Sequence record: ON862890.1
Length of the DNA: 64,000 nucleotides
From: Escherichia phage A221
Direction: 5' to 3' (one strand)
The translations under genes were made by a program, and so were the position numbers. The notes under the pieces are model-generated. The model did no database searches. It was not told the origin of the DNA and saw only the letters and a program-made list of their open reading frames with translations. Positions 1 through 8,679 of this stretch are shown here, piece by piece (position 1 is the stretch's first letter; every line of letters begins with the position of its first letter).

Positions 1-263
1 TGGTAGGGCGTGATCAGGTCGACCTGGCGATTCATCCGGATATGGAGTATGATCAGAACTCCTGTCGTGCCATCCACAACTACGTAGGTGTCATTCTAGA
101 AAACTTGTACTCAGCCATGGAAGAAGTGATGGCAGCAGAACAACAGGAAGAAGTGATTCGTCGTATCCGCGAAGATATCGAAGGGAAGGTGAAACAGGAT
201 GTTCTAGGGGAATATCCACCAGAGTATTTCCCTGAAGTTCCAAACTTCTACTTGTCCAAATAA
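1..263 (+). CDS. hypothetical protein, C-terminal part (gene begins upstream of window)
   Basis: Frame stays open from window edge to TAA at 261-263; track ORF 42-263 is its tail. Confidence 0.35.
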   Translation, partial: VGRDQVDLAIHPDMEYDQNSCRAIHNYVGVILENLYSAMEEVMAAEQQEEVIRRIREDIEGKVKQDVLGEYPPEYFPEVPNFYLSK

Positions 264-283
264 CTCCACTGTGAGAGGTGTGT

Positions 284-559
284 ATGAAACGTTATCTGAA
301 GCTGACGACTGTCCTTGAGTCGATCATAGAGTATTTCATCATGCAACACCTCCGCGCCGACAACATGCATTTAGACGGTTGCCTGACGTATGACCACAAG
401 ATCATTGTCCATTCTGTTGAAGTGGTGGATGATGATCTGATGATTGCAAATGTAGAACACTGTCTGTTTGATGAGTCGGTTGATGCGTACTGTCAACCAC
501 GGTTCGCAAAAGTCGAGCTAACAAATTGTTGGCCGCCGGAAATGGTTTTTCTATATTGA
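284..559 (+). CDS. hypothetical protein
   Basis: ATG 284 with GAGAGGTG Shine-Dalgarno upstream; no recognisable motif. Confidence 0.35.
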   Translation: MKRYLKLTTVLESIIEYFIMQHLRADNMHLDGCLTYDHKIIVHSVEVVDDDLMIANVEHCLFDESVDAYCQPRFAKVELTNCWPPEMVFLY

Positions 560-651
560 CGTAGAAAGTTAATATTCACGCAAGTTCGCGCTCCGCTTGG
601 TCGCGCACCTTATAACACTAAGGTGTTAACTTTCTTTTCAATAAAAAGTAG

Positions 652-680
652 TTTACATCTATGAAAATGCAGTATATTAT
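652..680 (+). promoter_or_regulatory. sigma70-like early promoter candidate
   Basis: TTTACA (652-657) - 17 nt - TATTAT (675-680) in a 190-bp AT-rich gap; GTTTAC -35 resembles T4 early promoters. Confidence 0.4.
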
Positions 681-748
681 GTTCTCACTACACAGTCAGA
701 ACAACAATATGCCGCGGATACGGTCTTAATAACGAAAGGGTTTTTATT

Positions 749-1585
749 ATGTCATATATTCTTCATGTGGAATCTGGAACCAAAATTGAAATTGAAGGCA
801 AAGACGTTGCTGCTATTCAGGCTGAAATCAAAGAAGCAGGTCTGATCATCGGAAACGTTACCCTGCGCCGTATGGTTGAAGGTGTTCTTCAGGCTGCCAA
901 CGGCTTCGAACTGATTGAAGGTCTGAGCGCCGAAGAGAAGGAAGAAACCCAGCAGGCTCTGGCGCAAGCCCAAGAGCAAGCCCAAGCTGAAGTATCCCTG
1001 AAAGTCGCTGAAACCGTTGATACTGAAGCACCGATCTCTGCCGATGCATGTGTAGCCCCAGTGTCCGACGCCCCGGTAGACGCGGTTGAAGATGCCGTCA
1101 ACGCGGCGCTGGAAGAAGGCAATCAGCCGTCCGACGCGAAAATCGGTTCCTTGGCGTCTTCGATGCTGAAAGAAGCATCGAAGGGTAAGACCCTGACCCC
1201 GCAGGCAGCGCTGGTAGAGCGTAAACGCCGTCACACCAAACGTGAGGAAATGGTTGACTTGGCTCGCGCTTCTAATCACGGTCCGGTCTTGGCGGCGATT
1301 GAAGCTGGTGTTGTCCCCGGCGTGTTCCTGAGCTACGTGAACCCAGACATGCGTTGGTTCCAGTTCCCGGTCACCGAACTGGCTAACCCTGAAAACCTTC
1401 ATGCTCGCACCAATACGTATGTCGACGTTGCGCCTATCGTTTCCGGTGGCTGGGGCTTCAGTCTGTACGTGAACGGCAAGTCCTTCACCAAACGTCAGAA
1501 GATCAAAGAGTCTGATGCTGAGTCTCTGGTTAAGGCGATCAATGAATGGCTTCCACAGGCTCTGGCTGAAGCGAAAGCTGTGTAA
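749..1585 (+). CDS. hypothetical early protein
   Basis: 278 codons, first gene after promoter; Ala/Glu-rich acidic linker; no family recognised. Confidence 0.55.
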   Translation: MSYILHVESGTKIEIEGKDVAAIQAEIKEAGLIIGNVTLRRMVEGVLQAANGFELIEGLSAEEKEETQQALAQAQEQAQAEVSLKVAETVDTEAPISADACVAPVSDAPVDAVEDAVNAALEEGNQPSDAKIGSLASSMLKEASKGKTLTPQAALVERKRRHTKREEMVDLARASNHGPVLAAIEAGVVPGVFLSYVNPDMRWFQFPVTELANPENLHARTNTYVDVAPIVSGGWGFSLYVNGKSFTKRQKIKESDAESLVKAINEWLPQALAEAKAV

Positions 1586-1602
1586 ATTTAAGTTCAGAAA
1601 CT

Positions 1603-1630
1603 GTTCAATAGATGAAGGGGTTGCTATAAT
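1603..1630 (+). promoter_or_regulatory. promoter candidate GTTCAAT-N15-TATAAT
   Basis: Box 1603-1609, -10 TATAAT 1625-1630, 30 nt before ATG 1661; motif recurs elsewhere in window. Confidence 0.35.
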
Positions 1631-1660
1631 AGCAGCTCCTTTTGTTTATCGGAGCAGTTT

Positions 1661-2320
1661 ATGTCCTACTCCCTGAAGGGGCTGATGAAGCGCCCCGTCC
1701 ACACATTCTTTAAACCACCCGTCGTAAAGGGGATCTACCCAGCACGAGGGCAAATCTACTACGTCAAAGGCTCCAATGGTAGCGGTAAATCCACTGTGCC
1801 GTCTCAGCTGGCGGAGAGGGATCCTCAGGCGTATGTCGTGACCCATAACGGCAAGGTAATGCTGACTGTCTGTCCTTCGTTCAACGTGGTCTGTATCGGT
1901 AAATATGACAAGTCGAAGTCCAAGGGGGTTGATTCCCTGAAGGACACTGAGCAGATGTTGTTCGCGTTGTCTATTGCTGACCAACCAGAATACTTGAAAT
2001 ATGATGTGATTTTCGAAGGTATCATTCCATCAACATTATTGAGTTCTTGGATCCCCCGCCTGACACGCCCACCACGTGAATTGGTTGTGCTCTTTATGGA
2101 CACTCCCCTTGAAACGTGTATCTCCCGCGTTAAATCACGTAACGGTGGTGTGGACTTCAATGAAGGTCTGGTGGTCGAGAAGTGGGAGAGAGTTCATGAC
2201 CATCGTCAACGACATAAAGACTTGTTCCCTACGGTAGCTGCGGGTATGATGAAGTCTCACGGCCTAACGGTAGACCAGGCTGTGATGGCATTCCTCTGTC
2301 GTGATTTTGGGAGTATCTGA
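1661..2320 (+). CDS. P-loop nucleotide kinase (candidate modified-dNMP kinase)
   Basis: Walker A GSNGSGKST; GGAG RBS; stop overlaps start of downstream TS-family gene. Confidence 0.55.
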   Translation: MSYSLKGLMKRPVHTFFKPPVVKGIYPARGQIYYVKGSNGSGKSTVPSQLAERDPQAYVVTHNGKVMLTVCPSFNVVCIGKYDKSKSKGVDSLKDTEQMLFALSIADQPEYLKYDVIFEGIIPSTLLSSWIPRLTRPPRELVVLFMDTPLETCISRVKSRNGGVDFNEGLVVEKWERVHDHRQRHKDLFPTVAAGMMKSHGLTVDQAVMAFLCRDFGSI

Positions 2321-3366
2321 TGGAAATCAAAGCAATTAACAACAATGACATGCTGAAGCAGGCTGTCTTGGCTATCCGTGAATTCGGGATCGAATCTGAT
2401 CCTGGTAATGCTGAAATAAATACTGATAGCACCCGCTTCCTTGATGGCGTGACCATAACCGTCGCCGACATCCGTGACCGCTGGCTATCCGTTGAAGGTC
2501 GTAACTCATCGGCTATCGCTGCCATCGGCGAGACCTTCTGGGTTCTGTCCGGGCGCGATGACGTTCGCTTCCTGTCCCGCGTGTTGCCCCGCGCCGCCAA
2601 CTTTTCCGACAACGGCCACACATGGCGAGCCGCTTATGGTCCGCGTCTGTACGCCCATGGCCAGCTGGATAGCGTTATCAACCGCCTGCGCAAGAACCCA
2701 AACACTCGCCAGGCGTACCTCACCATCTATGACCCGGCTCTAGATTCGGATGCTGGTCTGGCGAAGTTCAGCGAGAGCGGCGAAGCGAAGACCAAGGACA
2801 TGGTGTGTAACTTGGCTCTGTTGTTCGCCATCGTTGAAGGTCGTCTGAACCTGACGGTCATCAATCGCTCACAGGATGTTCTTTGGGGGATGAGTTCAAT
2901 TAACTTCATTGAGTTCTCTATTCTTCAGGAAGTGATTGCTCGGGTGCTGGATGTTGATGTCGGTCAGTACAAGCTATTCTCTAATAATCTTCATTACTAC
3001 AACAATGAAGTCAGCCAGAAGCAGCTGGGCAAGATCACGAAGGACACCAAAGTAGAAGCTGGGTTCATCAACTCCATGATTCACTTCACGAACGTGACCA
3101 ACCAGAACCATATCCGCAATCTGTTCACTGGTGTGCTTCATCACTGTGATATCGGCAGCCCGTGGGAAACTGTGGTCGCCCACCTGAAGGAATATGATGC
3201 TGATCGTGGCCTGATTGTACAGATGGCGTACTGTCTGCACTGCAAACTGAACGAAAAGCTCATTAACCTGGACCTGATTCAGGATCATGGCTTGAACATC
3301 GCGCTCACCCATTCCCCGGTTGACCGCAAGATCGTTGATCCTAAGTTCCTGGAAGGTGTAGTATGA
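2320..3366 (+). CDS. thymidylate synthase-family pyrimidine hydroxymethylase-like enzyme (T4 gp42-like)
   Basis: TS-fold motifs: NTRQAYLTIYDP, catalytic Cys in DMVCN, NRSQDVLWG (compare T4 dCMP-HMase RSNDVVFG), NNLHYYNN; 348 aa, longer than ThyA. Confidence 0.65.
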   Translation: MEIKAINNNDMLKQAVLAIREFGIESDPGNAEINTDSTRFLDGVTITVADIRDRWLSVEGRNSSAIAAIGETFWVLSGRDDVRFLSRVLPRAANFSDNGHTWRAAYGPRLYAHGQLDSVINRLRKNPNTRQAYLTIYDPALDSDAGLAKFSESGEAKTKDMVCNLALLFAIVEGRLNLTVINRSQDVLWGMSSINFIEFSILQEVIARVLDVDVGQYKLFSNNLHYYNNEVSQKQLGKITKDTKVEAGFINSMIHFTNVTNQNHIRNLFTGVLHHCDIGSPWETVVAHLKEYDADRGLIVQMAYCLHCKLNEKLINLDLIQDHGLNIALTHSPVDRKIVDPKFLEGVV

Positions 3367-3932
3367 TGTACCCAAATCTTGAATTCTTTACGGGGCGCAA
3401 ACGCTCCGGTAAGGACTTCTGTTTGGAGTCCCTCATCAGCTATCACCAACTACAGGGTGATATGGACATACAGCGCCTTTCTTTCTCTGATGAACTGCGC
3501 CGTGTAGCCAACTACATCTACCCATGGCTCCCAGCGGAGGTAGAGGATGCCGTGAAGGACGTTCCTTACGTGCACCCTGATAACCCCAAGGGCTTAACTC
3601 CACGGCAGATCTGGCTTCATCTAGGCAGCGATACGGGCTTGCGTTACGTACAACCCGATCTGTTCCTGGCATTCTTCAAGCGCTTCCAGCTTCCTCTGGT
3701 AGAGCAGAACCCCCACGTCCATTATATCGTGAGCGATCTGCGTACCCCTCAGGAATATGAATGGGCGCTGAGTACGAAATGTCCTATCACCCGTATTTCA
3801 AAGGCCGACCGTGCTGGTATCATAGAGGATGATATAGAGGCTTTCATTGACCAAATGAAAGTGGACTACGAATTCCTCAATCCATTTGATGGTTGGGAAC
3901 CGTTCGTTAAATTCTACGGAGAACGTAAATGA
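3363..3932 (+). CDS. deoxynucleoside monophosphate kinase (T4 gp1 family)
   Basis: TGRKRSGKDF P-loop and YIVSDLRTPQEYEWA match T4 gp1 SGVKRSGKD / YIVPDTRQDHE; ATGA overlap with upstream gene. Confidence 0.7.
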   Translation: MMYPNLEFFTGRKRSGKDFCLESLISYHQLQGDMDIQRLSFSDELRRVANYIYPWLPAEVEDAVKDVPYVHPDNPKGLTPRQIWLHLGSDTGLRYVQPDLFLAFFKRFQLPLVEQNPHVHYIVSDLRTPQEYEWALSTKCPITRISKADRAGIIEDDIEAFIDQMKVDYEFLNPFDGWEPFVKFYGERK

Positions 3933-4483
3933 TCACAGCAGGGCATATCAAAAGCCTGCTCGAACTCCAAAAGGCCACCAACGTGGCCTACTTTGGGGAA
4001 GAGTGGAAGAATGTATGGAGTCAGAACGCAGTCATCAACTCTATCTATCGTGAGTGGGCAGAGTTCCTTGATGAAACCACCCGTGACTGGAAGGTCTATG
4101 GCAACGACATCGGGTTTGACCATACGAACGCAGTTTATGAACTGGTGGACGTGGTACACTTCATGTTGTGCTTCATCCTTGTGGACCGCACCAAAGGTGA
4201 GATCGAAGAAGAATTTGAAGTCCTTAGTAATCGCGAATTCACCCCATCTGCTTTGGGTGTTGTAGGGCATCGCAATGTTACGTACCGCCTTGGGCAATTC
4301 ATGAACGATCCTTGCGTTGAGACTCTCATGTTCTTCCTGTCGTCTGCGTGTTCTTATATGGAGATCGACATTGAGACTTACATACTGGCACACAAACGCA
4401 AGAACGATCGCAATCGCCTGCGTGCTGCTGGTGGCGCGGATTACGATAAGTCCGCAGAAACCCCTCTGACCCTGGAGTTCTAA
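3929..4483 (+). CDS. MazG-like dNTP pyrophosphohydrolase (T4 gp56 dCTPase-type role)
   Basis: ELVDVVHFMLCF motif like T4 gp56 ELVDIFHFVLNMF; coupled to flanking genes by overlapping stop/start. Confidence 0.5.
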   Translation: MITAGHIKSLLELQKATNVAYFGEEWKNVWSQNAVINSIYREWAEFLDETTRDWKVYGNDIGFDHTNAVYELVDVVHFMLCFILVDRTKGEIEEEFEVLSNREFTPSALGVVGHRNVTYRLGQFMNDPCVETLMFFLSSACSYMEIDIETYILAHKRKNDRNRLRAAGGADYDKSAETPLTLEF

Positions 4484-5025
4484 TGTTTACAGTCGTCGTT
4501 TCATATCATGCAGACAACGCGGCGAACGCATCCGCTAATTTCGCCGAGCACATCATCGGCGGCGGTCATAATGTATTCCTTACTGAATACACCAGGCCTG
4601 TTAAACCAGGCGACGGTCTTTCGGCGACTGTTACGCATAAGATCGCCAGCGAGCAACCAGAGTCTCTGTTCAGGATGATCGAAGAGTATGCCGGTGGTGG
4701 CATCAAGATACCAGATGAACTGGTAGACGTCTATTTTGAAGGCTCGATCTATTACATCCACGCTATGCCAAAGGATGTAACCATTGAACAGATGATGTAT
4801 ATCCTGAATATAGCACTGAACACTGCGTGCATCAACCGCACGAACTACAACAATCTGCGCAATATGTACCTAACCGACCGGCATAATGACGCATCGTCAC
4901 TTGTTGAGACAATGTCCCTGAAGAGCATCCAAGAGGCGGTTAACATTTTGTCCCAGAAGGTTATGGGTGTAGAATTATTAACGACGATCAACAATAAAGA
5001 GGAAGTGAAATGGCCAGTTCATTAA
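4483..5025 (+). CDS. hypothetical protein in nucleotide-modification operon
   Basis: 180 codons, TAATG overlap with upstream gene; occupies position taken by beta-glucosyltransferase in T4; no motif recognised. Confidence 0.5.
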   Translation: MFTVVVSYHADNAANASANFAEHIIGGGHNVFLTEYTRPVKPGDGLSATVTHKIASEQPESLFRMIEEYAGGGIKIPDELVDVYFEGSIYYIHAMPKDVTIEQMMYILNIALNTACINRTNYNNLRNMYLTDRHNDASSLVETMSLKSIQEAVNILSQKVMGVELLTTINNKEEVKWPVH

Positions 5026-6095
5026 TGGACCGCATGCTGAAGGTTGCTAAGAAACACGATGACCAGGCTTCAGTGCTGTCCAAATCCGACGCTCTGGAAC
5101 CGTCTATCATCTGTTCTACTGGTATTCCCCTGATCGATATCGCATGGTCTGGGCGTATTGACGGCGGTCTGATCTCCGGTATCAAGATGATGGTGGGTGA
5201 TTCCCGTACCTTCAAAACGATGTTCGGTCTGGTAGACGTCAAGGCGTACATGGACAAGTTCCCTGATGCTATCTGCGTCTTTGCGGACTCAGAAAAGGGT
5301 GCCAACGCCGATTACTGGACCTCTATGGGCATTGACATGGACCGCGTCCTGTACGTACCGATCGACAACGTTGAACAGACCAAGATCCGCTTGCTGCAGA
5401 TCCTACAGGAAGTCAAGAAAGGTGACCATGTTATAATCTTCATCGACTCTATCAGCCAACTTCCCTCCACCAAGGAAGTTGAAGATGCGATCAAAGGGAA
5501 CGACACTCAAGACATGACCCGCGCCCGTGCCCTTAACAGCTTCTGGCGTGTCATGACTCCCGAAATCAACAGCAAAAATCTCGTGTGTGTTTGGATCAAC
5601 TCCTATTACGATGAGATCGGCAACCAATATGCCGAGCCTAACATCAAAGGCGGCAAACAGGGCTTCTTATCCTCCAACTTGATCTGGTTTATCACCCGTT
5701 CTCAGGTGAAGGAAGACAAAGATCTGCTGGGTTGGAACTTCAACATAAGCATCATGAAAGGTCGCCATGTCAAAGAGAAAGCCAAGCTCCCTGTGACGGT
5801 ACTGTACAACGGTGGTATTGATCGCTGGAGCGGCCTGCTTGAGATCGCTCGTGCTCTGGGTTATGTTGATATGCCGTCTTCCGGTTGGTATGTGCGTACA
5901 GCCAAGGGTGGTTTCGATCCTGAGAAGGAAAAGAAATATCAGAAGCGTCAGATGGATGATGATTTCTGGTATCCGCTGCTGGAGAATGTCAACTTCGCCG
6001 ATGACGTGAAGAAAATGTTCGGTGTTTCTAACGGTACTGTTATGCCTGCTAACATGCTGGAGCAAATGGACCATGTTATCAACACAAGCGAATAA
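5010..6095 (+). CDS. uvsX: UvsX RecA-like recombinase
   Basis: Alignable by eye to T4 UvsX over most of length (VIIFIDSISQL, DMTRARALNSFWRVMTP, KGRHVKEKAKL). Confidence 0.9.
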   Translation: MASSLMDRMLKVAKKHDDQASVLSKSDALEPSIICSTGIPLIDIAWSGRIDGGLISGIKMMVGDSRTFKTMFGLVDVKAYMDKFPDAICVFADSEKGANADYWTSMGIDMDRVLYVPIDNVEQTKIRLLQILQEVKKGDHVIIFIDSISQLPSTKEVEDAIKGNDTQDMTRARALNSFWRVMTPEINSKNLVCVWINSYYDEIGNQYAEPNIKGGKQGFLSSNLIWFITRSQVKEDKDLLGWNFNISIMKGRHVKEKAKLPVTVLYNGGIDRWSGLLEIARALGYVDMPSSGWYVRTAKGGFDPEKEKKYQKRQMDDDFWYPLLENVNFADDVKKMFGVSNGTVMPANMLEQMDHVINTSE

Positions 6096-6402
6096 CAGTG
6101 GAGGGGGAGGAGACTCCCCCAATAACTACACAATCATCGACCCTGGTGCTGATCAGCTGGCGATCATCAAGATCACTTCTGGCAAATTCCGTGGTGTTCA
6201 ATTCCGGTTCGGCAAGGTGGCCATCAACGAAGTGGACTGCGAACCCCGCCTGTCTTTCGTGACTGATATATTGAAGAAACCATTGCGTCTGATGTTTGTG
6301 AATTTGAAAGAAAATGACTTGTTCACTGAGGTGTCAGGGGATATCCTTGTAGACCTCATGCAGCGTAATGCTCAGGAATATAATAAATTTTTGGTGGGGT
6401 AA
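6022..6402 (+). CDS. small protein between uvsX and helicase (start uncertain)
   Basis: ORF overlaps uvsX 3' end and contains the hairpin; occupies T4 gene 40 position; no internal ATG after residue 18. Confidence 0.3.
   Translation: MFLTVLLCLLTCWSKWTMLSTQANNSGGGGDSPNNYTIIDPGADQLAIIKITSGKFRGVQFRFGKVAINEVDCEPRLSFVTDILKKPLRLMFVNLKENDLFTEVSGDILVDLMQRNAQEYNKFLVG
6103..6120 (+). other. GC-rich hairpin with GNRA tetraloop after uvsX stop
   Basis: GGGGGAG-GAGA-CTCCCCC, 7-bp stem, no U-run; possible RNA stability or processing element. Confidence 0.35.
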
Positions 6403-6409
6403 GTGGCCA

Positions 6410-7834
6410 ATGTTACTCGAATCTGTCGTGCTTTCACAGTTGATTTACAATGAAGATTACCAAAGAAAGATCCTGCCGTACCTGAAAGCCGATTATTTTG
6501 ACAACGAAGGCGAAAAGGTCATCTTTGGTCTGATTGACAGTTATACCTCAGAGTACAATGCCCGCCCGTCTGTCGAAGCACTATCTATAATTCTTGAACG
6601 GACAAAGCTGAACGAATATGTGTTTGACCAGGCGGTATCTGCCCTGGAGAACATCAACGACAACACCTTCAATGAAGAGTGGCTGGCGAAGGAAACCGAG
6701 GCTTGGGCGCGACAAAAGGCCGTACACAACGCAATCAAGACCGCCGTTAACATCTACGGTGACGAGAAGCGCAAGGACGAGATGAACAACATCCCGACCA
6801 TGTTGCAGGAAGCCCTGGCTATCCGGTTTGATTCATATCTCGGTCACATCTATTGGGAGATGGCGGCAGAGCAGTATGACCACATGAACTCCAACGAGGC
6901 CAAGATCCCGTTCGCAGTTGAGATATTCAATAAGGCGACACGTGGTGGCGTTGGTAAGAAGACACTGAACATCGTAACAGGTGCGATCAACGCAGGTAAG
7001 ACCACAACGCTGATTGACCTGACCGCAGGGTACTCGGAGCAGGGGCTGAACGTCTTTGTCTTCACCCTTGAAGTGGCCGAGAACGTCTGGCGACACCGTC
7101 TTGATGCCCGTATCATGCGACGCGACTTTGAGTCTTTAGAGAAACTCACAAGGCACGAGTATATTGCAACGATAGAGAAGCTCCGCAGTCGCCAAGATGG
7201 TGCGCCCAAGGGTGATATCGTCATCAAGGAATATCCTTCCGGTACTGGACACACAGGTTTATTCCGCCGCGATATCCTTGAGTACATCCAGGCAACAGGT
7301 CGTGCTCCTGATGTTATCGTTATTGACTATCTTGGCGAAGCTGCTTCCTCGCGCCTGCCTGCCCACCTGATGCAGAACACGAACGTCTATTACACGTCTG
7401 TGGCTCGTGAGTTTCGTGCGCTGGGATTTGAGTTTGATGTCCCTGTATGGACTGGTATGCAGTTCAATCGTGAGAATCAGAATAGCACTGATGGCGGAAT
7501 CAGCGATTTGGCAGATGCTATCGGTATTCCGAAGGTGGCCGACTTCATCATGGCATTCTATGCTCCTGACGAACTGGCGGCGGTCAAGAAAGCCCGAGCC
7601 TCAATACTCAAGAACCGTTATGCCAACAAGCAGAAGCTGAAATCATTCCTGTTTGGTATGGACCAAGACAAACAGATCCTGTTTGACCTGGACTGGAATG
7701 AAGTTAAGAAGGACCTGACTGAGGCTGAGGCCAAATATGTCGAAAACGTACACATCAAACATGACCTCAACAAGTCCGGGGCTGCTGCCAGCGATGAGCA
7801 GAAAGCCCAAACGGTCAATAATTGGAAATTCTAG
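6410..7834 (+). CDS. 41: replicative DNA helicase (T4 gp41, DnaB-like)
   Basis: Start trimmed to MLLESVVLSQLIYNEDY matching T4 gp41 N-terminus; Walker A GAINAGKT; C-terminal KNRYANKQK..NNWKF like gp41. Confidence 0.9.
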   Translation: MLLESVVLSQLIYNEDYQRKILPYLKADYFDNEGEKVIFGLIDSYTSEYNARPSVEALSIILERTKLNEYVFDQAVSALENINDNTFNEEWLAKETEAWARQKAVHNAIKTAVNIYGDEKRKDEMNNIPTMLQEALAIRFDSYLGHIYWEMAAEQYDHMNSNEAKIPFAVEIFNKATRGGVGKKTLNIVTGAINAGKTTTLIDLTAGYSEQGLNVFVFTLEVAENVWRHRLDARIMRRDFESLEKLTRHEYIATIEKLRSRQDGAPKGDIVIKEYPSGTGHTGLFRRDILEYIQATGRAPDVIVIDYLGEAASSRLPAHLMQNTNVYYTSVAREFRALGFEFDVPVWTGMQFNRENQNSTDGGISDLADAIGIPKVADFIMAFYAPDELAAVKKARASILKNRYANKQKLKSFLFGMDQDKQILFDLDWNEVKKDLTEAEAKYVENVHIKHDLNKSGAAASDEQKAQTVNNWKF

Positions 7835-7837
7835 GCA

Positions 7838-7866
7838 ATTCAATAAGGCGGGTCATAGGGTATAAT
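7838..7866 (+). promoter_or_regulatory. promoter candidate ATTCAAT-N16-TATAAT
   Basis: Box 7838-7844, TATAAT 7861-7866, upstream of ATG 7899 (AGGAG RBS). Confidence 0.35.
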
Positions 7867-7898
7867 TCTATGATCTGAATGTAAACCAGGAGCACATC

Positions 7899-8234
7899 AT
7901 GTCACACAATGATTTTATGGCTGGCCTGGTGCAGGCCGCCAAACAGGTGTGCCACACCAAACAAGCGATTGAGCTGAGTCCGGAGCAGACTCTGGAGTTC
8001 TTCAACAATCGTAAAATCTGGGAGGAATATGGAATTGGTATGATATGCCAAGAGGGTGAACTCGTACAGCTAGATCTGCCGTCATTCCCCCTTCCAGTGC
8101 GCACCAACACAGTGGAATGGTATACGACGGAAGATGGTGTAGAGATCATCCCGAAGTTCCAGTATCACTCAATCGTAAACTTCTTTTTACGCCGTTGCGG
8201 GACTAATCTGATCCCACAAGGTATGAGATCTTAA
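7899..8234 (+). CDS. hypothetical protein
   Basis: AGGAG RBS; 111 codons. Confidence 0.5.
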   Translation: MSHNDFMAGLVQAAKQVCHTKQAIELSPEQTLEFFNNRKIWEEYGIGMICQEGELVQLDLPSFPLPVRTNTVEWYTTEDGVEIIPKFQYHSIVNFFLRRCGTNLIPQGMRS

Positions 8235-8249
8235 CAAGAGGAACACCAA

Positions 8250-8564
8250 ATGTCTGTAGAACAAATCGGCTTTTATGTACTACCATCTGATCCTGAATCC
8301 CGTCGCAAGCTGATAGGTGCAATTGAAAACTGTCGTGCCGCCCAGGTCCGCATCAAGTCGGAACAGACTTTCATTACTGAGACTCTGGCCGAGCTGGCGA
8401 AAGACACGGGTATCAAGGCCAGCGACTTGCGCAAGGTTGTATCCGACCGCGCCAATGGAACTTACCATAAGACGATCGAAACGAGCGAGAAATATCAAGA
8501 CTTATACGAGTCTCTATTCCCGAACGCCAAGCCCGATCGAGATCCGAATGCCAGTGGCGAATAA
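8250..8564 (+). CDS. hypothetical protein
   Basis: AGAGGA RBS; 104 codons. Confidence 0.5.
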   Translation: MSVEQIGFYVLPSDPESRRKLIGAIENCRAAQVRIKSEQTFITETLAELAKDTGIKASDLRKVVSDRANGTYHKTIETSEKYQDLYESLFPNAKPDRDPNASGE

Positions 8565-8581
8565 GTCAATAGAACACCAAG

Positions 8582-8606
8582 AAGCCCAGTCAAGTACTGG
8601 GCTTTT
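8582..8606 (+). terminator. rho-independent terminator
   Basis: AGCCCAGT-caagt-ACTGGGCT followed by TTTTT, 18 nt after stop at 8564. Confidence 0.6.
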
Positions 8607-8679
8607 TAACTTCAATAACTTTACTTTCAAGAAATAATCGCCTAATATTTAATCTGTATTGAAGAGTTACAACTACATC

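Noticed and set aside
752-1402. Long antisense ORFs opposite real genes (752-1402, 9052-9849, 14882-15790, 23616-24479, 32376-33128, 35982-36671, 43083-44192, 46508-47179, 48876-49625, 50553-51170)
   Set aside because: Each is a shadow frame of a gene with clear homology or motifs on the other strand; skewed composition and no RBS.
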